Shown here piece by piece: positions 29,408 through 40,414 of a DNA stretch of 64,000 nt (its first letter is position 1; the number at the start of each line of letters is the position of its first letter). The translations under genes were made by a program, and so were the position numbers. The DNA is from an uncultured Trueperaceae bacterium (GTDB lineage: Bacteria > Deinococcota > Deinococci > Deinococcales > Trueperaceae). The DNA lies in the NCBI GenBank assembly GCA_963815215.1, contig CAWFFU010000010.1, positions 160,001 through 224,000 of the forward strand, given 5' to 3'. Below the pieces are notes generated by a model, which did not search any database, was not told the DNA's origin, and saw nothing but the letters and a program-made list of their open reading frames with translations.

Positions 29408-30982
29408 TCAGTTGGTCGTCTTGTACGCGGTCTTGAAGATGTAGTTGCCGAGCGGGATCTGGTTCAGGCCCGTGACGGTCTTGCGGATCGCGACCGGGTA
29501 GGGCGTCTCATACAGGAACACGATCGGGGCGGCGTCCATGTAGATCTTCTGGATCTCCTTGTAGTCCGCGGCGCGCTTGGCGGTGTCGAGCTCCTGCTGC
29601 GACTGCTCGAACAGCTGGTCGATGCGGTCGTTCTGGAAGCCGGTGTGCAGCGACTGGATGTTCTTGTAGACCGCGAAGTAGCTGGTGATCTCGCTGGGGT
29701 CGTTGATGTCGTTGGTCCAGCCGGCGGTCCGCATCTGGAAGTCGTTCTTGCGGTAGCGCTCGGTCTTGGTGGCGGCGTCGAGCTGCTCGATCTTGAGCTT
29801 GATGCCCACTTCGCCCCACATGCTCTGCAGAGCCGTCAGCAGCGCCAGGTCGTTCTGGCTGCCGGCGGTGGCCAACGCGGAGACCGTGAAGCCGTTGGGG
29901 AACCCGGCCTGAGCCAGCAGCGACTTGGCCTTCTCGAGATCGTAGGCGTAGCCGCGGGTGGCGACGTAGTACGGGGTGGTCGTCGACATGAACGACTGCA
30001 TGGGGGTGCCGATGCCGAAGTTCACCACCTGGATGAGCGCCTGCTTGTTGGTGGCGTAATTGATGGCCTGGCGCACCTCGAGGCTGGACAGCGGGTTCGG
30101 CGTGCCGTCGGGCAGGGTGGGCCGGTTGTTCATCAGCACGCTGTTGACCTGGGTCGACGGGAACAGCTCCATGTTGATGTTGGGGTCCTTCTGCAGCTCA
30201 CCGACGCGCGACAGCGGGATGAATTCGGCCGCGTCGAGCTCGCGTGACTGCAGCTTGAGGATGCGCGTGGCGTCGTCGGGCACGATGTCGAAGCGGATGC
30301 TGTCGAGGTAGGGAAGCGCCTTGCCGTCGGCACCCTTCTCCCAGTAGTACGGGTTGCGCGTGATCACCATGTAGGAGCCGCGCTTCCACTCCGAGAGCAC
30401 GAACGGACCGGAGCCGATGGGGTGCTCGGCGAAGGCCTTGGCCTTCTCCGCGTCGGTCGACCCCTTGGCCGCCTCGAACAGCTTCTCGGGCATGATGGCG
30501 GCATTGAACATGGACAGCGCCGGGACGATGGTCGGGTCCGGGTGCTTGAGGTGGATGATCACCTTGTTGCCGCTGGCGTCGATGGAGTCGATGGCGGCGA
30601 GAGTGAAGTTCCAGATGCCGTTGTCAGGGTTACGGGCGCGATCGAGCGACCACTTGGCGTCCTGGGCGGTGATGGGGCTGCCATCGGCGAACTTGATGCC
30701 GTCGCGCATGGTCAGCGTGAGTGTCAGGCCGTCGCTGGAGAAGCTCCAGGCGGTGGCCAGATCGGGCGCCACGTCCTTGCCGTCGGCCGTGGGCTGGAGG
30801 AGCGGATCGTAGAGGTTGGTGAGGACCCAGATGTCGAGGTTGGCGTCGTTGAGGACAGGATCGAGGAACAGCGAGTCGGCGTAACGTCCGAAGACGAGCT
30901 GTCCCCCACGCTGCTGCGCGAACGTGGTTCCGAGCACGAGGGTGGCCAGGAGGGCCAGGGCGAGCGTTGTGAGCCGTTTCAT
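29408..30982 (-). CDS. Peptide/nickel ABC solute-binding protein (family 5)
   Basis: Signal peptide ending TFA-Q; PDLATAW, KFADGSPITAQD, PIGSGPF, RNPYYW, VRQAI. Confidence 0.94.
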   Translation of the reverse strand: MKRLTTLALALLATLVLGTTFAQQRGGQLVFGRYADSLFLDPVLNDANLDIWVLTNLYDPLLQPTADGKDVAPDLATAWSFSSDGLTLTLTMRDGIKFADGSPITAQDAKWSLDRARNPDNGIWNFTLAAIDSIDASGNKVIIHLKHPDPTIVPALSMFNAAIMPEKLFEAAKGSTDAEKAKAFAEHPIGSGPFVLSEWKRGSYMVITRNPYYWEKGADGKALPYLDSIRFDIVPDDATRILKLQSRELDAAEFIPLSRVGELQKDPNINMELFPSTQVNSVLMNNRPTLPDGTPNPLSSLEVRQAINYATNKQALIQVVNFGIGTPMQSFMSTTTPYYVATRGYAYDLEKAKSLLAQAGFPNGFTVSALATAGSQNDLALLTALQSMWGEVGIKLKIEQLDAATKTERYRKNDFQMRTAGWTNDINDPSEITSYFAVYKNIQSLHTGFQNDRIDQLFEQSQQELDTAKRAADYKEIQKIYMDAAPIVFLYETPYPVAIRKTVTGLNQIPLGNYIFKTAYKTTN

Positions 30983-31060
30983 GCCTACCTCCCTAGGGTT
31001 CTCCAGCTACAGGTCGGCCGTCGAAGCGCCCGTTCACCGCCCTGCGAACTGTGATGGCGG

Positions 31061-31089
31061 AACATAACACAGCGATTTGTTGCCGTCAA
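31061..31089 (-). promoter_or_regulatory. Sigma70-type promoter of peptide ABC operon
   Basis: TTGACG-N17-TATGTT with TGn extension; AT-rich spacer. Confidence 0.72.
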
Positions 31090-31161
31090 TCGCATGGAGA
31101 TTCAACCTGGGGCGGCGTGTCGCAGGCCCGTCGCCGGCGTACCACGTGCGCGGCCGCCCCC

Positions 31162-32538
31162 TCAGCCGGGACCGAAGGGCGGCCCCGGCCGTGGCGTCAC
31201 CGGTGCCAGGGCGGCCAGCGCGCCGGCCAGCTCGAGCAGGCGCGCGTCCGCGCCGCGAGCGGTGACGAGCTGCAGGCCCACCGGGAGCCCGGCCTGAGCG
31301 TTGAACGGGACGGCGACGGCAGGGGCGCCCACCAGGTCGAAGGGACCGCTGAAGTGCATCTCGACCGCTCCCTCCTGCCCGCTGACGACGGGATCCTCGG
31401 CCGGCGCCACGGTGTTGACCGCGGGCATCAGCAGCGCGTCGAAGCCCGCGAGCAGGTCGTCGGAGACCGCGGTGAGGGCACGGCGCGTCTCCAACGCCCG
31501 CAGGTAGCGAGTGGCCGGCACCGTGAATCCGTACTCGAGCTGGGACCGCGTAGCGGGGGCGTATCCCTCGGCGGAGGACTTCATGTACTGTTCGTGCAGC
31601 ACACTTGCCTCGGGGTAGAGGATGTCCAGCAGCGCCTCGTTGGCATGCTCCAACGCACCCAGCGGCGCATCCACGACCACGGCGCCGGCCTCCGTGAGCG
31701 CGCGTTCGGCAGCGTCCAGCGCGGCGCGCACGGGCGGCTCGAGGTCCACGGCATCGACGTACGCGCGGGGGACGCCGAAGCGGAGGCCGGTCAGCGGCGG
31801 CGTGTCGCCGTCGGGACGCGTTCTGCGCTCGCGCAGCGCCTCCGGGCCGTCCGCCATCAGCGCCAGCAGGTCGGCGGCGTCACTGGCGGTCCGCGCCAGG
31901 GGCCCGACGTGATCGAGGGTCCAGGAGAGGGGGAAGACGCCGTCCACGGGCACCCGGCCGTAGGTCGGCTTGTGGCCGAAGACGCCGCAGTAGGCGGCCG
32001 GGATGCGGATCGACCCTCCGGTGTCGGTGCCGATGGCGAGCGTGGTCAGGCCGGCGGCGACCGCCGCCGCGCTCCCGCCCGACGAACCGCCGGCGGTACG
32101 GCCGAGGTCGTGCGGATTGCGGGTGGGACCGACCTCCGGATGGACGGCGCCGTAGGCGTACTCCAGGAGGTTGGTCTTGCCGACCAGGATCGCTCCGGCC
32201 TCGCGCAGGCGCGCGACCACGGTGGCGTCGCGCTCGGCGCGCTCGACGCGGCCCACGCGGGAGCCGAAACCGGTCGGGGCGCCCGCCACCGCCATCAGGT
32301 CCTTGATCGCGACGGGCACGCCGTGCAGGGGACCGCGGTCGACGCCGGCCGCGAGCTCGCGCTGCGTCTGCTCGGCCTGGGCCAGCGCGCTGTCGGCCAG
32401 CACCAGCGCGAAAGCGTTGAGGTCGGCATCGAGCTCGGCGATGCGCTGCAGGAGCGCCTCGGTGACGGCGGTCGGGGTGACTTCACCGGACCGGTAGGCG
32501 GCGGCCAGGCGCCGTGCGGAGAGGAAGGGCGCGGTCAC
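31162..32538 (-). CDS. Amidase-signature (GatA-like) amidase
   Basis: [32 protein letters not shown]; start could be 32538 or 32589. Confidence 0.92.
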   Translation of the reverse strand: MTAPFLSARRLAAAYRSGEVTPTAVTEALLQRIAELDADLNAFALVLADSALAQAEQTQRELAAGVDRGPLHGVPVAIKDLMAVAGAPTGFGSRVGRVERAERDATVVARLREAGAILVGKTNLLEYAYGAVHPEVGPTRNPHDLGRTAGGSSGGSAAAVAAGLTTLAIGTDTGGSIRIPAAYCGVFGHKPTYGRVPVDGVFPLSWTLDHVGPLARTASDAADLLALMADGPEALRERRTRPDGDTPPLTGLRFGVPRAYVDAVDLEPPVRAALDAAERALTEAGAVVVDAPLGALEHANEALLDILYPEASVLHEQYMKSSAEGYAPATRSQLEYGFTVPATRYLRALETRRALTAVSDDLLAGFDALLMPAVNTVAPAEDPVVSGQEGAVEMHFSGPFDLVGAPAVAVPFNAQAGLPVGLQLVTARGADARLLELAGALAALAPVTPRPGPPFGPG

Positions 32539-32758
32539 CGCCGGAACGCTTCGCCGACGGCGCGGGATCCGGACGGGGGAACTGGGCATGCGGGCATGGC
32601 CACCTCCTGGTGTGACGTCATCCTTACGTCCCGGGGGGTCCCGTGCCAAGGGGGCACCGCTTGTACCGAGTGAAGGGCTCGGCGAGAATGGAGTAGCGAG
32701 CGCGCAACCGCAACCCTTTCCGACGGGGCCCTTCGCGAAGGACCCGCAGGAGGACGTC

Positions 32759-34063
<1,305 letters not shown>

Positions 34064-34346
34064 CGCACTGGCAGCCGAATGTCCCTTGGAGACGTGGGCT
34101 GCGGAGGTCTATGACTGGAGCGAGTACGTATGTCGAGGGGTACGAAGGAGGTGAGCGTCCTACCGGAGTCCCCGGGCGCGGCGCGATCGAGGGGGGTCAC
34201 GCTGCACGGGGTGGGGGGCTGTCACCGATGTGTCGAGGGGCGAGGGCCGCGCGTCATGGCCGTGACCCTTCGGCCGTTGACACGTGGTCGGCGCGGCGGG
34301 CCCTGCGCCCGCATGGCCGTGCCGCGAGTTCCGCAAGGAGAACCGC

Positions 34347-35591
34347 ATGGTACGCATCCGACTCGTACTGGCGTTGCTGGTCGCCGGGCTCATCGGCATG
34401 GCCGCCGCCCAGAACGTCACTCTCCGGGCACTGTTCATGCAACAGGCGGCCTACAGCGACGCCGACGTCCGTAGCATGACCGCCGCCTTCGAGCAGCAGC
34501 ACCCCGGCCTCAAGGTCGATATCGAGTTCGTGTCCTACGAGGCCCTGCACAACAAGATCATCACCGCGGCCGCGGCCGGTGCCGGCGGCTACGACGTGGT
34601 GCTCTTCGATGTCATCTGGCCCGCCGAGTTCGCGAAGAACAACGTCCTGGTGGACATCACGAACCGCCTTCCGCAGACGATGATCGATGCGGTCGTGCCG
34701 GGCGCCTGGACCACCGTCACCTACGACAAGCACTACTACGGCATCCCGTGGATCCTCGACACCAAGTACCTCTTCTACAACAAGGACATGCTCCAGAAGG
34801 CCGGCATCATGGCGCCGCCGACCACCTGGCAGGAGCTGCTCGATCAGGCCCAGAAGATCAAGGACGCGGGCATCGTCCAGTACCCCATCGTGTGGAGCTG
34901 GGGCCAGGCCGAGGCCATCATCTGCGACTACACCACCCTGCTGTCGGCGTTCGGCGGCAGCTTCTTCGACATGGGCCAGCCGACGTTCAACCAGGGCGGG
35001 GGCCTGCAGGCGCTGCAGTACATGAAGCAGTCACTCGACCAGGGTCTCTCCAACCCGGCCTCCACCGAGTCGCTCGAGGAGGACGTGCGTCGCATCTTCT
35101 CGTCGGGCCAGGCGGCCTTCGCGCTGAACTGGACCTACATGTACAACCTCGCCAACGACCCCAAGGAGTCGCAGGTGGCCGGCCAGGTCGACGTCGTCCC
35201 GGCACCCGGCGACGGCATCCACTCCCAGGTCTCGGCCATGAACGGCTCCATGGGCCTGGGCATCACCACCGGCTCGACGCACCCCAACGAGGCCTACCAG
35301 TACATCGAGTACCTGACCAGCCAGGCGGTGCAGGAGAAGTACGCCAAGCTGTCGCTGCCGATCTGGAAGGCGTCGTACGACGACCCGGCCGTCGCGCAGG
35401 GGCAGGAGTCGCTGATCGCCGCCGCCAAGCTGTCGCTGGCCGCCATGTATCCGCGCCCGTTGCTCATCCAGTACCCTCAGTTCAGCACCTGGCTGCAGAC
35501 CGACATCCACCGCGCACTCCTGAACCAGGCGTCGCCGCAGGACGCGCTCGACAACACCGCCAAGCAGGTCACGCAGAGCAAGCTCAACTGA
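34347..35591 (+). CDS. Sugar ABC solute-binding protein
   Basis: AAGGAG RBS; signal peptide ending AAA-Q; LFYNKDML, PTTWQEL. Confidence 0.92.
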   Translation: MVRIRLVLALLVAGLIGMAAAQNVTLRALFMQQAAYSDADVRSMTAAFEQQHPGLKVDIEFVSYEALHNKIITAAAAGAGGYDVVLFDVIWPAEFAKNNVLVDITNRLPQTMIDAVVPGAWTTVTYDKHYYGIPWILDTKYLFYNKDMLQKAGIMAPPTTWQELLDQAQKIKDAGIVQYPIVWSWGQAEAIICDYTTLLSAFGGSFFDMGQPTFNQGGGLQALQYMKQSLDQGLSNPASTESLEEDVRRIFSSGQAAFALNWTYMYNLANDPKESQVAGQVDVVPAPGDGIHSQVSAMNGSMGLGITTGSTHPNEAYQYIEYLTSQAVQEKYAKLSLPIWKASYDDPAVAQGQESLIAAAKLSLAAMYPRPLLIQYPQFSTWLQTDIHRALLNQASPQDALDNTAKQVTQSKLN

Positions 35592-35642
35592 GGCCGCGCG
35601 TCTCGCCGACGCGTTTCGAGAGGACCCGGAGAGAACCCACCC

Positions 35643-36578
35643 GTGGCCGACGTCCCTGACCGCACGACCGGTCCCCGGCGCGCCCCGGCTCGTTGGAGCT
35701 GGGGCCTGCGCCGGGCGGCGTTGCCGTGGCTGATGCTCCTGCCCGCGCTGGCGGTGGTGGGCGGGGTCGTCGGCTACCCCTTCTTCCGCACCTTCTATCT
35801 GGGGTTCTTCGACGCTCCGCTTCTCGGCAAGACCCGCACCTTCGTGGGTCTTGCCAACTATCTTCATGCCTTCCGGACGGAGGAGTTCCGCGCCGCGGTG
35901 GAGCATACGCTGCACTTCACGGTGGGCTCGATCGGCTTGGAGCTGGTGCTGGGCGTGGCCGTGGCGCTGTTCCTCAATCGCCCGTTCCTGGGCCGGCGCT
36001 TGCTGCGCGCCCTGCTGATCCTCCCGCTGGCGCTGCCCACGGTGGTCAACGCGGTGATGTGGCGCTGGATCTACAACCCTGAGTACGGCGCGCTCAACGC
36101 GCTGCTCACGCAGTTGCACCTGCTGCCGGGCTACCGCACCTGGCTCGGCACGCCGGGACTGGCCATGAACATGATCATCGTGGCCGACGTGTGGAAGAAC
36201 TTCACCCTGGTGGCGCTGCTGGTGCTGGCCGCGCTGCAGACCATCCCGGCCGAGCTGCACGACGCCGCCCGGGTCGACGGTGCCAGCGCCACCCAGCGCA
36301 TGCGCTTCATCACGCTGCCCGGCATCCGGCCGGCGCTGTTGGTGGCGCTGGTGCTGCGCACGGTGGAGGCGCTCAAGGTGTTCGACATCATCTACGTCAT
36401 GACCGGCGGCGGGCCGGCGAGCTCCACCAAGACGCTATCGTTCATGGTCTACCAGGAGGCGTTCAGCTTCCTCAAGCTGGGCACCGCCGCGGCCGACGCG
36501 TTCCTGACCGTGGCGTTGATCATGGTGTTCGTCGGGGTCTACCTCCGGCTGCTGCAGTCGCGCGGGGTGGCGGGATGA
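35643..36578 (+). CDS. Carbohydrate ABC permease 1
   Basis: FVGLANY, DAARVDGAS, FITLP. Confidence 0.92.
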   Translation: MADVPDRTTGPRRAPARWSWGLRRAALPWLMLLPALAVVGGVVGYPFFRTFYLGFFDAPLLGKTRTFVGLANYLHAFRTEEFRAAVEHTLHFTVGSIGLELVLGVAVALFLNRPFLGRRLLRALLILPLALPTVVNAVMWRWIYNPEYGALNALLTQLHLLPGYRTWLGTPGLAMNMIIVADVWKNFTLVALLVLAALQTIPAELHDAARVDGASATQRMRFITLPGIRPALLVALVLRTVEALKVFDIIYVMTGGGPASSTKTLSFMVYQEAFSFLKLGTAAADAFLTVALIMVFVGVYLRLLQSRGVAG

Positions 36579-37465
36579 GCCGGGCGAGCGCGAGCCCCTC
36601 CGCCGTGCGGGCGCACGACGTCCGCCGGCGACGCGCCTGGCTGGAGGCGGCGCTGACCTACGCCGGGGCGCTACTGTTGGCGGCGTTCATCCTGGCGCCG
36701 TTCGTGTGGCTGCTCATCTCCAGCGTCGCGCCGCTGGCCGACCTGTTGCAGCGGCCGCTGCGGTGGATCCCGCCGCACGCGACCTGGGAGCGCTACCACA
36801 CCATCTTCTTCGGCGCCGACGGCCGCGAGTTCCGCTACGCGCTGCGCAACAGCGCCGCGGTGGCCGGGATCGCCACCTCCATCAGCCTGGTGGCGGGGAT
36901 GCTCGGCGCCTACGCGCTGTCGCGTTTCCCCAGCCGCGGCCGCACGGGTCTGCTGTACCTGATGCTGGCGACCTACATGACGCCGCCGGTGGCGATCCTG
37001 CTGCCCGTCTATCTCATCCTCAGCCGCTTGGGCATGCTCAACACGGTGATCGGCCTGGCACTGGTCTACACCTCGTTCCTGACGCCCTTCCTGACCTGGA
37101 TCCTGAAGGGCTTCTTCGACTCCATCCCGGTGGAGCTGGAGGAGGCGGCGATGATCGACGGCGCCACCCGGGTGGGAGCGCTGCGGCGCGTCACCCTGAG
37201 GTTGTCGCTTCCCGGCGTGATCACTGCCGTGCTGTTCGGGGTGATCCTCGCCTGGGACGAGTTCCTCTACGCGCTGATCTTCACCTCGTCGGTGGCAGCC
37301 AAGACGCTGCCGGTGGCCATCAGCGAGTTCACCTCGCGCCACGCCGTCGATTACGGACTGATCGCGGCGGGCGGGATCGTCGCCGCGCTGCCGCCCCTCA
37401 TCCTGGCGTTCGCGTTGCAGCGCTACCTCGTCGCCGGGCTGACCGCCGGTAGCGTGAAGGGGTGA
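36575..37465 (+). CDS. Carbohydrate ABC permease 2
   Basis: LEEAAMIDGA, WDEFLYA, GLTAGSVKG. Confidence 0.92.
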   Translation: MSRASASPSAVRAHDVRRRRAWLEAALTYAGALLLAAFILAPFVWLLISSVAPLADLLQRPLRWIPPHATWERYHTIFFGADGREFRYALRNSAAVAGIATSISLVAGMLGAYALSRFPSRGRTGLLYLMLATYMTPPVAILLPVYLILSRLGMLNTVIGLALVYTSFLTPFLTWILKGFFDSIPVELEEAAMIDGATRVGALRRVTLRLSLPGVITAVLFGVILAWDEFLYALIFTSSVAAKTLPVAISEFTSRHAVDYGLIAAGGIVAALPPLILAFALQRYLVAGLTAGSVKG

Positions 37466-38547
37466 GCATGGACCGACGCTCGCGAGAGTTGGAGCTGAGC
37501 GCCGCGCTGCGGCGCGAGATCGCCGGCCAGGAGGAGGCCGTCTCCAGGACGTTGCGCGACGGCGCACTGTCCTGGAGCCTCGACGCGCTGGCCGCCGACG
37601 TGCGGGCGTCGGGCGAGTTGCTGGTGAGCGGCATGGGCGCGTCGCTCCATGCCGGCATGATCCTGACGCAGCTACTGAGGGAGAAGGGGGTTCGCGCCTG
37701 GGCGTTGCCGACGTCGGAGCTGCTGCACTTCGGCGAGGCGCTGGCGGTCCGTCCGCTGCTGCTGATCAGCCAGTCGGGTGCCTCGGTGGAGATCGAGAGG
37801 ATGCTCGCGCGCGCCCGCGAGGGCGTGTACGGCCTGACCCTCGATGGCGCCAGCCCGCTCGGCCGCTTCGGGGCGGCGGTCGTTCCCGGCGGCCCCGAGC
37901 GCGCCTACGCGGCCACGCGCTCGTTCACGACCACGGTGGCGGCCCTCTACGCGCTGGCCGGGCGCCTGGGGGTGCAGGTCGACGTGCCGGGCCTGTCGGA
38001 GTCGGTCGGGCCGGCGCTCGGCCCGCTGCCGGAGCTGGAGGCCGCCTGCGCGACGCTGGAGGGCGCCGACGCCATCTTCGTGACCGGACGCGGTCCGCTC
38101 CACGGCCTGGCCGAGTACGTCGCGCTGCTGCTCATGGAGCTGGCCCGCCTACCGTGCGCCGCGTTGGAGGCGGCGCAGTTCCGGCACGGCCCCAAGGAGG
38201 CCGCGGGGGGGCGACTGGGCGTCCTGGCCCTCGCCGCGCAGGGCGAGGCCGGCGACCTGGTGCGGCGCTTCGCGTCGGAGCTGGCCGAGGCGGGCAGCCC
38301 CACGGTGCTGCTCGACGCCGGTGCGGCGCCGGCCGTGAGCGGTGCTGTGAGCGGTGCTGTGAGCGGTGCTGTGCCAGGTGCTGTGGGCGGCGCCGTGACG
38401 ACGATGGCCCTGCCCGCGGCGGACGGACTCGGCGCCGTGTTGCCCATGGCGGTGGCGGCGCAGCGACTGGCGGTGGCGCTGGCCGAGTCGCGTGGCATCG
38501 AGCCGGGGGTGCCGCTTCGCTCGGAGAAGGTGACGCGGGAGGAGTGA
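37462..38547 (+). CDS. Double SIS-domain protein (GlmS/FrlB-like isomerase or deglycase)
   Basis: SGMGAS, ISQSGAS, ATRSF, EAAQFRHGP, C-terminal KVT; no glutaminase domain. Confidence 0.85.
   Translation: MSMDRRSRELELSAALRREIAGQEEAVSRTLRDGALSWSLDALAADVRASGELLVSGMGASLHAGMILTQLLREKGVRAWALPTSELLHFGEALAVRPLLLISQSGASVEIERMLARAREGVYGLTLDGASPLGRFGAAVVPGGPERAYAATRSFTTTVAALYALAGRLGVQVDVPGLSESVGPALGPLPELEAACATLEGADAIFVTGRGPLHGLAEYVALLLMELARLPCAALEAAQFRHGPKEAAGGRLGVLALAAQGEAGDLVRRFASELAEAGSPTVLLDAGAAPAVSGAVSGAVSGAVPGAVGGAVTTMALPAADGLGAVLPMAVAAQRLAVALAESRGIEPGVPLRSEKVTREE
38332..38397 (+). repeat. In-frame 12-bp tandem repeat (AVSG) x5.5
   Basis: gctgtgagcggt units encoding AVSGAVSGAVSGAVPGAVGGAV. Confidence 0.9.
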
Positions 38548-38550
38548 GCG

Positions 38551-39507
38551 GTGGGGCGTGAGTTCGAGCAGGGTTCCGCCGCTGCGCCCGGACCCGGAGG
38601 CGGCAGACGTGGGCCGCTCCCCATCCACCTGATCGGCAACGTCAACGTCGACATCGTGATGGGACCCGTGGAACCCTGGCCGGAGCCCGGCACCGAGAGC
38701 ATCGTGGACCGTCAGGAGGTCCGGGTCGGCGGTGCGGCGGGGGTGGCGGCGATGGCGCTGCAGGCGCTTGGCACGCACTTCCGGTTGCACGCACGCATCG
38801 GCGACGACGCGTTCGCGGCGTTCGTGCGCCGCGAGCTGGGGCCGGCCGGCGGGCAACTCGAGCGGGTACGGGCCGGGACGGCGGTCTCCGTGGGGCTGAG
38901 CCACCCGGACGGTGAACGTACCTTCGTCACCCACCTCGGGCACCTTGCCGAGCTCGACTTGGACGCGATCGCCGCAGCGCTTGAGCGCGCCGGGGCGGGG
39001 CTGGTGGTGGTGTGCGGCTACTTCCTGCTGCCGCCGCTGCGGCACGGTGGAGGGCTCGAGCTGATGCGGCGCGCCCGCGGGGCGGGGCACCGGGTCCTGT
39101 TCGATAGCGGCTGGCCGAGCGAGGGCTTCACGGAGCCGGTACGCCTCGAGCTGGATGCATTGTTGCCGTGGATCGACGTGCTCCTGCCGAACGAGGCCGA
39201 GGCTCGCGCCTGGTCGTCGAAGGGCGACCTGCTGGAGGCCCTGGACTGGCTTCAGCGGGACGGCGCCCGCGTGGTGGTCAAGCGCGGCGCACTGGGTGCA
39301 AGCTGGGTGCGCGACGGCGGGCTCGAGACGTGCCGGGCGCCGCGCGTGCCCGTCGCCGACAGCGTGGGCGCGGGTGACTGCTTCAACGCGGCGTACGTCG
39401 CCGCGCTCGCCCGCGGCGCGGCGAACGCGGCGGCCGTCGACTCCGCCGTGCGGTACGCCGCCGACGTCGTCGGGCGGCGACCCCGGCACTACGGGCGACC
39501 GGGCTAG
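38551..39507 (+). CDS. PfkB-family carbohydrate kinase
   Basis: VGGAAG, PNEAE, VVKRGALG, DSVGAGDCF. Confidence 0.92.
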   Translation: MGREFEQGSAAAPGPGGGRRGPLPIHLIGNVNVDIVMGPVEPWPEPGTESIVDRQEVRVGGAAGVAAMALQALGTHFRLHARIGDDAFAAFVRRELGPAGGQLERVRAGTAVSVGLSHPDGERTFVTHLGHLAELDLDAIAAALERAGAGLVVVCGYFLLPPLRHGGGLELMRRARGAGHRVLFDSGWPSEGFTEPVRLELDALLPWIDVLLPNEAEARAWSSKGDLLEALDWLQRDGARVVVKRGALGASWVRDGGLETCRAPRVPVADSVGAGDCFNAAYVAALARGAANAAAVDSAVRYAADVVGRRPRHYGRPG

Positions 39508-39583
39508 TCGCGCGCGCTCGCGAACGGCGCGGCTGAGGCGTGAACCGGGATCCGCGGCGCCGCCGATGAGGTGGTGGCGATCG

Positions 39584-40351
39584 TCATACCCGGTGACGTC
39601 GTCCGCCGGGTGCGCCGCCGGCTCGCGCAGCCAGCAGCGCCTCGCGCCGCTCCGGCGCCAGGTGCTTGGCCGCCTCGCGCAGGGTCAGGATCGAGGCGCG
39701 CGCCGCGCGCGGCAGCAGCCAGGCGTAGGCCTCGTCGGCGCGTCGCTTCGCGTACTCTCGCAGCGCCCAGCCGATCGCTTTGCCGATGAAGAACTCGCGC
39801 TCCTCCAGCATCACGTCGGCGTGGCGGGCGAAGGCCTCGAAGGCGGCCCGGTCGCCGGCGCGCAGGGGCAGCAGGAAGCTCAGCAGGGCCGCCCGCCGCA
39901 CCCAGAAGGCTTCGTCGACCGCCCAGCGGTCCAGTGTGGTGCGCCCCGACGCCTCGTCGCGTCGCGTCAGCGGCCCCGCCACCTGCACCGCGAGGGGGTC
40001 GACGAGCGCCCACGTTGCGGCCTCACGCAAGTACGTCTCCAGCCACTTCAGATCGGACGGCTCGAGCCGGTCGCGGAGCGCCACCAGCAGCTCGACGGCG
40101 GCCACTCGCAGCTCGTGCACGCCGCGCTCCCACAACGCGCCGGCCAGGGCGCGGACGCGTGCGCGGTCGAGATCGGTCCGGGCCTTCAGCATGGCGCGCA
40201 CGGCGCGCCGGATCTCCGGAACCGCGGTGCCGTAGTGTCGGAGAGAGCTCTTCAGGTAGCGCTTCTCACGCTCGGCCCGCTCCGGCGTGGCGGCTTCCCG
40301 CAGCCTCTCGTCCAGGCGCGCCACGAACGCATCGACATCGGGCGGAGGCAT
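39584..40351 (-). CDS. DNA alkylation repair protein (AlkD-like HEAT-repeat glycosylase family)
   Basis: HELR, TWALVD, FWVRRAA, EFFIGKAIGWALRE; TACACT 5 nt before ATG. Confidence 0.88.
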   Translation of the reverse strand: MPPPDVDAFVARLDERLREAATPERAEREKRYLKSSLRHYGTAVPEIRRAVRAMLKARTDLDRARVRALAGALWERGVHELRVAAVELLVALRDRLEPSDLKWLETYLREAATWALVDPLAVQVAGPLTRRDEASGRTTLDRWAVDEAFWVRRAALLSFLLPLRAGDRAAFEAFARHADVMLEEREFFIGKAIGWALREYAKRRADEAYAWLLPRAARASILTLREAAKHLAPERREALLAARAGGAPGGRRHRV

Positions 40352-40414
40352 GGCCCAGTGTAGACGCGTGCGCTCGAGGGCCCGCCCGCCGGGCTCGCCG
40401 GGCTCTGGATCGCG

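Noticed and set aside
38530..38561. Third set of GTGA at 14-nt spacing (38530, 38544, 38558) at the SIS-PfkB junction
   Set aside because: The last GTG is out of frame with the kinase, which has its own SD-led GTG at 38551, and the units are not repeats; not counted as a relay.
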